Below, in pieces: positions 25,230 to 32,000 of a DNA stretch of 32,000 nucleotides. Both the position numbers and the translations under genes were made by a program. Source of the DNA: Acidothermus cellulolyticus 11B (lineage in GTDB: Bacteria > Actinomycetota > Actinomycetes > Acidothermales > Acidothermaceae); assembly GCF_000015025.1 (NCBI RefSeq), contig NC_008578.1, positions 1,020,001 to 1,052,000 of the forward strand. Direction: 5' to 3'. The notes beneath the pieces are model-generated. The model had not been told where the DNA came from and made no database searches. It saw only the letters and a list, made by a program, of their open reading frames with translations. Each line of letters starts with the position of its first letter. Positions within the stretch are counted from its first letter, which is position 1.

Positions 25230-26231
25230 TCACGGGCGTCTCGGCAGCTGCGCGGTTTGCTTGGGGTCGCGCTCGATGACCGGATCGAGAATCTCATCGA
25301 TCCGCGCAAGGAGGTCCTTTTCTAATTTCACGCCGCTTGCTTTGACGTTCGCGTGAATTTGCTCCGGGCGGCTGGCGCCGATGATGGCGGACGAAACAAG
25401 GGGATTCTGCAAAACCCAGGCGAGCGCGAGGGTCGCCATATCCAACCCCGCTTCCGCGGCCAGCGGCCGCAGGCGTTGCACCCGGGAAAGGACATCGTCG
25501 CGCAACCACCGGGAAATGAACGTCGCGCCGCCTTTCTCATCGGTGGCCCGCGACCCCGGCGGCGGCGGCTGACCTGGTGCGTATTTTCCGGTCAGGACTC
25601 CTTGCGCAAGCGGAGAGAAGACGATCTGGCCGATTCCCTCTTTCTTCGCCAACGGCAGAATTTCGGCTTCGATGACGCGCCACAGCATGTTGTACTGCGG
25701 CTGGTTCGACACGATGCGGTCGAAACCCATGTCGTCGGCGATGCGCAGGGCATCGGCAATTTGACCGGCCGTCCATTCGCTCACGCCGACGTAGAGAACC
25801 TTGCCTTGCCGGACCAAATCGTCAAAGGCGCGCAGGGTTTCTTCCAGCGGGGTCTCGACGTCGTACCGATGCGCCTGGTAGAGGTCGAGATAGTCGGTGC
25901 GCAGCCGGCGCAGTGAGGCGTGGCAGCTTTCGATGATGTGTTTGCGGGAGAGGCCGCGGTCATTCGGGCCCGGGCCGGTCGGCCAGAACACTTTGGTTGC
26001 CAGCTCGTAGGACTCGCGACGGACGCCGGCGAGCGCTTTGCCAAGGACCTCCTCCGCGCGCGTGCCGGCGTACACGTCCGCGGTGTCAAACGTGGTGATG
26101 CCGGCGTCGAGAGCGGCGTGGACACAAGCGATTGCCGTATCGGCGTCGATTTGCGCGCCGTGGGTGAGCCAATTCCCGTATGCGATCTCTGAGACCATGA
26201 GGCCGCTGCGGCCCAGATGACGAAACTCCAT
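25230..26231 (-). CDS. Aldo/keto reductase (Kv-beta / YajO-like subgroup)
   Basis: [39 protein letters not shown] and IIGASRPEQ are present. I trimmed the 436-aa ORF to the ATG at 26231. Confidence 0.92.
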   Translation of the reverse strand: MEFRHLGRSGLMVSEIAYGNWLTHGAQIDADTAIACVHAALDAGITTFDTADVYAGTRAEEVLGKALAGVRRESYELATKVFWPTGPGPNDRGLSRKHIIESCHASLRRLRTDYLDLYQAHRYDVETPLEETLRAFDDLVRQGKVLYVGVSEWTAGQIADALRIADDMGFDRIVSNQPQYNMLWRVIEAEILPLAKKEGIGQIVFSPLAQGVLTGKYAPGQPPPPGSRATDEKGGATFISRWLRDDVLSRVQRLRPLAAEAGLDMATLALAWVLQNPLVSSAIIGASRPEQIHANVKASGVKLEKDLLARIDEILDPVIERDPKQTAQLPRRP

Positions 26232-26261
26232 ACGCCGGACCTTATCGGGACGACGGCGCCG

Positions 26262-26372
26262 GGCCTCGCGGTGACCTCGGCGGGCTTCCGGGCCTCGCGG
26301 TGACCTCGGCGGGCTTCCGGGCCTCGCGGTGACCTCGGCGGGTCGCGGGGACTGGCGGTGACCTCGGCTGGT
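26262..26372. repeat. 29-bp tandem repeat, about 3.8 copies (GGCCTCGCGGTGACCTCGGCGGGCTTCCG)
   Basis: There are two identical copies at 26262-26290 and 26291-26319. A third copy from 26320 matches for 23 nt. The core GCGGTGACCTCGGC recurs at 26268, 26297, 26326 and 26355, an exact 29-nt phase. It lies in the spacer between the DUF3043 stop and the AKR start. A 29-nt period cannot be coding. Confidence 0.9.
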
Positions 26373-26394
26373 CACTGGGCCGTCCGGATGCCCG

Positions 26395-26973
26395 CTAGAC
26401 CTTCTCGCCGCGGCGGACCCGTGGCGCCGGGATCCGGGCACGGCGCAGCTGCATGGCGCGCAGGACGGCGTACATGCCGAGCCCGCGAAGCGGCTCTCCA
26501 GGAAAGCGGGCTGCCGCGGCACGTCGTACCGCCCAGGCAAGGAAGATCGAATCGAAGATGATTGCGAAGATCAGTGCGTAGAGCAGGAGGGCCGCAAAGT
26601 ATCGAATCAGCGGCGACGGCACGTTGAGCAGAATGATCAGCGGCAAGCCGAGCGGGAGGAAGAGTCCCGCAAGGTTGCGCCGGGCGTCGACGTAGTCCCG
26701 GGCGAACCGCCGGACCGGACCCCGGTCCCGTGCGGGCAGCGCGCTCTCCTCGCCTCGCCGCATCGCCTCCCGCCGCGCGTAAAGCTCGGCACGGCTCGGT
26801 CGCGATCCCCGCGTCGCACGTTCGATGAACGGGACGCGCCGCGCGGCCTCGGCTTCGCGGCGCTTGCGGGTCGGCCGGCCCTTGCCGCTGCTCGGTTGGG
26901 TTGCCTCAGACGACGCCGGCACCGCACCGGGCTGATCGGCCGCGGTGCCGTTCGCAGTGCTCCGTCGGAACAC
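26395..26973 (-). CDS. DUF3043 membrane protein (Rv2206-like)
   Basis: The basic N-terminal half is [17 protein letters not shown]. Then come [29 protein letters not shown] and two TM helices. I trimmed the 336-aa ORF to the GTG at 26973 (VFRRSTANG...), giving a family-typical length of about 192 aa. Confidence 0.82.
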   Translation of the reverse strand: MFRRSTANGTAADQPGAVPASSEATQPSSGKGRPTRKRREAEAARRVPFIERATRGSRPSRAELYARREAMRRGEESALPARDRGPVRRFARDYVDARRNLAGLFLPLGLPLIILLNVPSPLIRYFAALLLYALIFAIIFDSIFLAWAVRRAAAARFPGEPLRGLGMYAVLRAMQLRRARIPAPRVRRGEKV

Positions 26974-27042
26974 GCGCCTCAGCGTAGCGGGACAGCGGCT
27001 GCGGCTGCGCAGCCACCGCGCCCTGGACAGGCAGGAGGGCCC

Positions 27043-27205
27043 ATTGGGCCGGGCGGGGGCGGGCGCAATGGGCCAGGCAGGGGGCCGCGATGGGCCGGGC
27101 AGGGGCGGGCGAAGCCGACGACCGGCGGCCGATACCGACCACGCAGCGGCGGGCGAAGCCGACGACCGGCGGCCGAAACCGACCACGCAGCGGCGGGCGA
27201 ACGCG
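27043..27205. repeat. Composite G-rich repeat block: three ~22-24-bp units (TGGGCCGGGCAGGGG-like), then a 44-bp tandem repeat x2.2
   Basis: TGGGCC[G/A]GGC[G/A]GGGG units start at 27045, 27069 and 27091. The 44-mer GCGGGCGAAGCCGACGACCGGCGGCCGA[T/A]ACCGACCACGCAGCG lies at 27105-27148 and 27149-27192 with one mismatch. A third copy starts at 27193. The block lies in the 388-nt divergent spacer between DUF3043 and pspA. Confidence 0.85.
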
Positions 27206-27361
27206 GGAGCCAACCGCGCGCATGGAACGCCGGGTGTCCGCAGATCGTCGGATAGAGCAGACCGCCGTCGGCGTCCGCGCCTAGGCTGTGATGCATACGC
27301 TGGAGGTGCGTTCGTGCTCGGCGGCGCGATCGGTCGCCCGGGAGAAGAGGAGTCGGCAGCC

Positions 27362-28153
27362 ATGGCTGGGTTGATGAAGCGTATGTCGCTCATCTTTCGG
27401 GCCAAAGCGAATAAGGTCTTGGACCGCGCGGAGGATCCCCGGGAAACGCTTGACTACAGCTACACCAAGCAGTTGGAGCTGCTGCAGAAAGTACGGCGCG
27501 GCGTCGCTGATGTCACCACCTCGCGGAAACGCCTCGAATTGCAAGCACAGCAGCTGCAGCAGCAGGTCGAGAAACTGGACAACCAGGCGCGGGCCGCTCT
27601 TGCGCAGGGTCGGGAAGACCTCGCGCGGGAGGCGCTGACCCGCAAGTCCGCGCTGCAGAACCAGATTGCGGATCTGCAGGCGCAGCACGCCAATCTGCAG
27701 GCGGAGGAAGAAAAACTCACCCTTGCCGCGCAACGACTCCAAGCGAAGGTCGATGCCTTCCGGCTGAAGAAGGAAACGATCAAGGCGACGTACACGGCGG
27801 CCGAGGCACAGACGCGGATCGGGGAGGCCTTCTCCGGAATTTCCGAGGAAATGGGCGACGTCGGTCTGGCGATTCAGCGTGCGGAAGACAAGACGCAGGC
27901 GATGCAGGCTCGGGCCAGTGCGATCGACGAGCTGCTCGCTTCCGGCGCCCTGGAGGACGTGACGGGTACGACCAAGGACGACATCCAAGCCGAGCTGGAC
28001 CGGATGGCTTCCACCAACCAGGTGGAGTTGGAACTCGCCCGTATGAAGAACGAACTCTCCGCCGGGAAGCCGACGCCGGCGCTGGGTGCGGGCAGCGGGG
28101 GCGAGGCCGGATCGGCGTCCCCGGCTGCAAGTGAAACCGAGGGGTCGGTGTGA
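27362..28153 (+). CDS. pspA: PspA/IM30 family protein (phage shock protein A-like)
   Basis: MAGLMKRMSLIFRAKANKVLDRAEDPRETLDYSY is followed by long heptad-rich coiled coil (QQLQQQVEKLDNQAR...). The ATG at 27362 is preceded by GAGGAG. The 402-aa ORF in the track is a 5' over-extension. Confidence 0.93.
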   Translation: MAGLMKRMSLIFRAKANKVLDRAEDPRETLDYSYTKQLELLQKVRRGVADVTTSRKRLELQAQQLQQQVEKLDNQARAALAQGREDLAREALTRKSALQNQIADLQAQHANLQAEEEKLTLAAQRLQAKVDAFRLKKETIKATYTAAEAQTRIGEAFSGISEEMGDVGLAIQRAEDKTQAMQARASAIDELLASGALEDVTGTTKDDIQAELDRMASTNQVELELARMKNELSAGKPTPALGAGSGGEAGSASPAASETEGSV

Positions 28154-28428
28154 TTATCCGGTTGCTGGGGCAAGGCCAATTCGACGTCTCTGAGGAGACG
28201 GTCGCGGCGCTCAACGAGCTGGACGCCGCCTTGCAAGCCGCCGTAGATCGCGGCGACGAATTGGCTTTTCGGCAGGCGCTGGGCGAGATGCTTGTTCTGG
28301 TTCAAGAGCGCGGACACCGGCTGCCCGACGATTATCTAGGCCCGTCGGACTTGGTGCTTCCGCCTGCGGACGCGACGGTGGAGGAGGTGCGGGCACTTCT
28401 TGGCGAGGAGGGTCTCATCCCTGGATGA
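28150..28428 (+). CDS. PspA-associated protein PspAA-like (92 aa)
   Basis: The GTG at 28150 overlaps the pspA stop as GTGA. The sequence is IIRLLGQGQFDVSEETVAALNELDAALQAAV...LPDDYLGPSDLVLPPADATVEEVRALLGEEGLIPG. This matches my recollection of the PspAA family found next to actinobacterial pspA. Confidence 0.78.
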   Translation: MIIRLLGQGQFDVSEETVAALNELDAALQAAVDRGDELAFRQALGEMLVLVQERGHRLPDDYLGPSDLVLPPADATVEEVRALLGEEGLIPG

Positions 28429-28466
28429 GGGAACGACCCTTCGTGAGGCCAAGAGCGTCAACCCTT

Positions 28467-29387
28467 ATGGCTCGAACGCGTATTGCTCCCGACCGCGGCC
28501 TGGTCACCCGGATGGCCGTCGTCATGTTTCTGCTTGGGCTGCTCTACGTGGCTTTCGTCGCCGCGCTGGTCGCCCTGCAGATTTCCATCACGTTCATTGT
28601 CATCGTCGTCGGCGGCTTCTTCCTGCTGCAGTACTACGCATCCGACCGTATCGCTCTCTTTGCCATGAACGGCCGGATCGTGACGGAGCAGGAAGCGCCG
28701 GAATTGCACGCCATCGTCGACCGGCTCTGTGCGCTCTCCGGTGCGCCCAAGCCGAAAGTGGCGATCGCTGACACCGACATCCCCAACGCTTTCGCCACCG
28801 GCCGGAGTCCCAAGCATGCGGTGGTGTGTGCCACGACGGGTCTCCTGCGCCGTCTGGACCCTGAGGAGATCGAAGGCGTGCTCGCGCATGAGATGTCCCA
28901 CGTGGCGCACAAGGACGTCGCGGTCATGACGATCGCGTCGTTTCTCGGCATCCTCGCCGGCATGATCAGCCGGTGGGCGTTTTATGCGGGGCTGTTCAGC
29001 GGATATGAACGCCGGGGCCGTGACCAGAACGGCGCCGCGGCCGGCCTGATCTTCGTGTTCATCATGTTGATCTCGATGCTGGTGTATGCGATCAGCTTCC
29101 TGCTGATTCGGGCGCTCTCCCGGTACCGGGAGCTCTCGGCCGACCGCTCCGGAGCGCTCCTCACCGGCCGGCCGAGTGCGCTGGCCAGCGCTCTGCAGAA
29201 GGTGACCGGCGCGATGGCCCGCATCCCCACCCGTGACCTGCGGCACGCCGAGGCGTTCAACGCTTTCTTCTTCACCCCGGCGCTCGCGGAGGGCTTCTCC
29301 CTCTCCACCCTGTTCTCGACGCACCCTCCGCTGGAGAAGCGCCTCGCCCAACTGGCGAAGCTCTCCCGCGAGCTCGGCGAGATGTAG
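28467..29387 (+). CDS. htpX: M48-family zinc metalloprotease HtpX
   Basis: The HEMSHVAHKD (HExxH) motif is present, with four TM segments and SADRSGALLTGRPSALASALQKV. The ATG at 28467 is preferred. An upstream in-frame start at 28425 overlaps the preceding gene's stop. Confidence 0.92.
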   Translation: MARTRIAPDRGLVTRMAVVMFLLGLLYVAFVAALVALQISITFIVIVVGGFFLLQYYASDRIALFAMNGRIVTEQEAPELHAIVDRLCALSGAPKPKVAIADTDIPNAFATGRSPKHAVVCATTGLLRRLDPEEIEGVLAHEMSHVAHKDVAVMTIASFLGILAGMISRWAFYAGLFSGYERRGRDQNGAAAGLIFVFIMLISMLVYAISFLLIRALSRYRELSADRSGALLTGRPSALASALQKVTGAMARIPTRDLRHAEAFNAFFFTPALAEGFSLSTLFSTHPPLEKRLAQLAKLSRELGEM

Positions 29388-29399
29388 GGGCTGCCGACC

Positions 29400-29975
29400 G
29401 TGGGCTTATTGGACGTGCTCCTCGGCCGGTCGAAGCCGGCCCGCCCGGACCTTGACGATCTGTTCGGCCTGCCGGCTGCCGCACTGACGCTTCAAGCAGC
29501 GATCGGCTTTACTCCGACCGGTCTTGGTTCGGTGGCGTACAAGCCGGTCGAGGGCGCCGCCTTCGCTCGTACCGAAGCGGACGTTCAAGAACTCCTGGAC
29601 GCTGATCAAGGTCCGAAGGTCGAGGCCAGCAAGGACGAATTCGGCTACACCTGGCTGCTGATCCGCCACGACCCGGCGGACCTGCCCGGCCTGGTCACCG
29701 ACATCCATGCGGTCAATTCGACCCTGCAGGCTGCCGGTTTCGGGCCAGCGTTGCTGTGTTCCCTAGTGTCGTTCGCCCACGCCGATGGACGGCGTTTCGC
29801 CCTCATCTACCTGTACAAGCGGGGCACGTTCTACCCGTTCGCTCCGCTGCCCGGATCCGGTCAGCGCAGGGACAACCAGCTCGAGCTGCAGATCGCGAGC
29901 CTCTTGGAGAACGACGTGAAAATGGAGAAAGATCTGGAACGATGGTTTCCGGTCTGGGGCGCTCCCGGCCTGTGA
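29400..29975 (+). CDS. PspA-associated protein PspAB-like (191 aa)
   Basis: The GTG lies 12 nt after the htpX stop. The sequence reads GLLDVLLGRSKPARPDLDDLFGLPAAALTLQAA.GFTPTGLGSV...YLYKRGTFYPFAPL...WFPVWGAPGL. This matches my recollection of the PspAB family. Confidence 0.72.
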   Translation: MGLLDVLLGRSKPARPDLDDLFGLPAAALTLQAAIGFTPTGLGSVAYKPVEGAAFARTEADVQELLDADQGPKVEASKDEFGYTWLLIRHDPADLPGLVTDIHAVNSTLQAAGFGPALLCSLVSFAHADGRRFALIYLYKRGTFYPFAPLPGSGQRRDNQLELQIASLLENDVKMEKDLERWFPVWGAPGL

Positions 29976-30096
29976 CGGTGATCCGCCGATCCCGGTGAGC
30001 CCGGGCCGGATATAGCGGCCGCGCCGGACTGCGGAGCCTCTGGCAATGTGCGACGATGGAATGCGTTCAGACGACGCAGCGGAGGGCAGTGGACAG

Positions 30097-30447
30097 ATGA
30101 CGGTACGCAGTGAGGCTACAGCGCAGGGGGTCATCCTTACCGACAAGGCGGCGGCGAAGGTGCGCGCCCTGCTCGAGCAGGAGGGTCGCACCGATCTCTC
30201 GCTCCGGGTCGCCGTCCAGCCCGGTGGCTGCTCGGGATTGCGTTACCAGCTGTACTTCGACGATCGCAGCATCGAGGGCGATCTCGTGCAGGAATTCGGC
30301 GGCGTGAACGTGGTGGTCGACCGGATGAGCGCGCCGTACCTCGCCGGGGCGACGATTGATTTCGTCGACACCATCGAGAAGCAGGGCTTCACCATCGACA
30401 ATCCCAACGCCACCGGCTCCTGCGCGTGCGGCGACTCCTTCCACTGA
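30097..30447 (+). CDS. erpA: HesB/IscA-family iron-sulfur cluster insertion protein (ErpA-like, Rv2204c-like)
   Basis: VILTDKAAAKVRALL, GGCSGLRYQL and the C-terminal CACGDSF cluster-ligand motif are present. I trimmed the ORF to the ATG at 30097, downstream of GGAGGG. Confidence 0.9.
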   Translation: MTVRSEATAQGVILTDKAAAKVRALLEQEGRTDLSLRVAVQPGGCSGLRYQLYFDDRSIEGDLVQEFGGVNVVVDRMSAPYLAGATIDFVDTIEKQGFTIDNPNATGSCACGDSFH

Positions 30448-30608
30448 TCGTTTTCTGCTGACCGGCGCGGACCGGGGCGGGCGACGGTCCGGGGCGGTCG
30501 TGGGCGCTCGGTGCCGTCGGGCGGTGAGGCGGGTCTGTATCATCGCTGCCGCGGCTGGAGAACGGCGGCGTTTCCGGTCGGCACGTCGGTGCCGCAAGAG
30601 GAGTGACG

Positions 30609-31628
30609 GTGCGGATCGCGGTCACCGGCTCCATTGCGACCGACCAATTGATGTTCTATCCCGGTCGGTTCACCGATGACTTCATTGCCGATCACTTTGA
30701 ACGGGTCTCTGTCTCGTTCCTCGTCGACCGGATGGAAATTCGCCGGGGCGGCGTGGCGGCGAACATTTGCTATGGCATGGCCGCCCTCGGGCTGCGACCT
30801 GCGCTCGTGGGGGCGGCCGGCGCTGATTTCGCTGACTACCGGTCGTGGCTTGACCGGCACGGCGTTGACACCGCATCCGTGCACGTGTTCGAGCTGTTCC
30901 ACACCGCTCGGTTCATGTGCACGACGGACGCTGCGCAGAATCAGATCGCGTCGTTCTACCCGGGTGCGATGACGCAAGCGCGCACGATCGAGCTTGCTCC
31001 GGTGGCGGAGCGGCTCGGCGGACTCGACTGGGTGGTCATCAGCCCGAATGATCCCGAGGCGATGCAGCGGCACACGGCGGAGTGCCGGAATCGGGGATAC
31101 CGGTTCGTTGCGGATCCCTCCCAGCAGGTGGCCAACATGGACGGCGCCGAGCTCCGGGAGCTCGTCACCGGTGCGGCGCTCTTGTTCTGCAATGCGTACG
31201 AGAAGGCGCTGCTGGAGCGGAAGACGGGCTGGACCGATGCCGAGGTGCTCCACCGGGTCGGCGTCCGCGTCACCACCCTCGGCGCGCACGGTGCCGTCGT
31301 CGAATCCCCGGACGCGCCCCCGATCCGGGTGCCGGCTGTGCCGCCGCACGAGCTCGTCGACCCGACCGGCGTCGGTGATGCGTTCCGCGCCGGTTTCCTG
31401 TCCGGGATGTGCTGGGGGTTGGGTTGGGAGCGCTGCGCGCAACTCGGTTCGCTGCTTGCGACGTACGCCTTGGAGACGGTGGGCACGCAGGAGTACGAGG
31501 TCAAACCTGAGCACTTCATCGACCGATTCGCGGCGGCGTTCGGGCCGGCTGCGGCCGCGGAGGTCGCACCCCGGCTGGGCGTCACCGACCCGGACAGCGG
31601 CGGGCCGGCCGGCGGGAGGCAGCGGTAG
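30609..31628 (+). CDS. adoK: PfkB-family carbohydrate/adenosine kinase (AdoK, Rv2202c-like)
   Basis: RIAVTGSIATDQLM, GGVAANI, ALVGAAGADFADYRSWL, ADPSQQ and DPTGVGDAFRAGFL are present and close to the mycobacterial adenosine kinase as I recall it. The GTG at 30609 lies 5 nt after AGAGGAG. The track start at 30603 overlaps the SD. Confidence 0.9.
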   Translation: MRIAVTGSIATDQLMFYPGRFTDDFIADHFERVSVSFLVDRMEIRRGGVAANICYGMAALGLRPALVGAAGADFADYRSWLDRHGVDTASVHVFELFHTARFMCTTDAAQNQIASFYPGAMTQARTIELAPVAERLGGLDWVVISPNDPEAMQRHTAECRNRGYRFVADPSQQVANMDGAELRELVTGAALLFCNAYEKALLERKTGWTDAEVLHRVGVRVTTLGAHGAVVESPDAPPIRVPAVPPHELVDPTGVGDAFRAGFLSGMCWGLGWERCAQLGSLLATYALETVGTQEYEVKPEHFIDRFAAAFGPAAAAEVAPRLGVTDPDSGGPAGGRQR

Positions 31629-31844
31629 CTCCCGGCCTGGCGGTGCGATTGCTCGTCGGGCCGGTAGGACCGGCGTACCGAGCGGCATTGGACGACCTGC
31701 CGCAACAGGGTGCGCCCTGTCGCGGTTCCGCATCGTGCCGTGCAGTAGGGTCGAAGCGGCCTCGCATCGCGAGGCCCGGTCGGTTCACCGGTTGCTTCCG
31801 GAACGGCATGGGTCGGTATCTGGGACCAGACGGAAGGCCTCGAC

Positions 31845-32000
31845 GTGAGGGGTAGCGCACTGCCCGCAAGGCACGATGGCGGTACGGCGAAAACTGCCCA
31901 CCGGCGACGTTCGGTTGTTGTCCGCATTGGCCTGCTTGTCGCGCTGGTTGGGTTGACGAGCGGGTGCACGGCGAACGACCTGCCGAGGCTCGGCATGCCG
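31845..32000 (+). CDS. ctaC: 5' end of cytochrome c oxidase subunit II (partial, lipoprotein-type signal)
   Basis: An open frame from the GTG at 31845 (GGAAGG lies 7 nt upstream) reads ...RRRSVVVRIGLLVALVGLTSGCTANDLPRLGMP. This contains a lipobox (LTSGC) and the conserved L/FGxP entry into CtaC. The position after adoK matches mycobacterial synteny. The feature runs off the window. Confidence 0.55.
   Translation, partial: MRGSALPARHDGGTAKTAHRRRSVVVRIGLLVALVGLTSGCTANDLPRLGMP

Noticed and set aside
26262-26372. Possible CRISPR array
   Set aside because: The 29-bp units are directly abutting with no unique spacers, and there are no cas genes in the window. This is a plain tandem repeat.
30540-31996. 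Two long minus-strand ORFs (30540-31733 and 30956-31996)
   Set aside because: Both are antisense to the PfkB/adenosine kinase gene, whose + strand translation aligns along its full length with the mycobacterial AdoK as I recall it.
1-32000. Mobile elements, prophage or defence-system genes
   Set aside because: I found no transposase, integrase, recombinase, toxin-antitoxin or nuclease/helicase-type defence signatures in any frame I read. The accessory blocks look like ordinary chromosomal operons, not recent horizontal insertions. I could not compute compositional statistics.

Overview
This is a very GC-rich, densely coding chromosomal window of Actinomycetota type. I saw no rRNA, tRNA, CRISPR array, transposase or integrase. 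The backbone is the conserved actinobacterial lipoate / 2-oxoacid-dehydrogenase / cobalamin / cytochrome-oxidase neighbourhood. From memory, its gene order parallels M. tuberculosis Rv2219 to Rv2200c: DUF4191, lipA, lipB, Rv2216-like, dlaT/sucB, lpd, pepA, cobT/cobS, DUF3043, HesB/ErpA, adoK, ctaC. Four accessory blocks sit inside this backbone. (1) 2969-5915 (-): a LolA-like anchored protein followed by an ABC-2 exporter. (2) 6010-9697 (+): a degenerate Ser/Thr kinase, a membrane GGDEF cyclase and a CPBP protease. (3) 15968-24707 (-): a cobalamin riboswitch followed by eight translationally coupled genes, namely an LPXTG-anchored alpha/alpha-toroid protein, an SCO2322-like anchored protein, EcfT, fused EcfA1A2, an ECF S component, cobU, cobT and cobS. 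(4) 27362-29975 (+): pspA, PspAA, htpX, PspAB. Block 3 is the most interesting. Its two leading surface proteins have no characterised function, and I propose they form a wall-anchored corrinoid capture module feeding an ECF importer and the nucleotide-loop salvage enzymes. Other notable points are a His-to-Gln change at the catalytic DHR motif of the E2 acyltransferase, exact tandem repeats in three intergenic regions, and a shikimate-kinase paralogue with a degenerate substrate motif. Many long ORFs in the supplied track are GC-driven antisense artefacts or 5' over-extensions. I trimmed the starts using start-codon, Shine-Dalgarno and stop/start overlap evidence.
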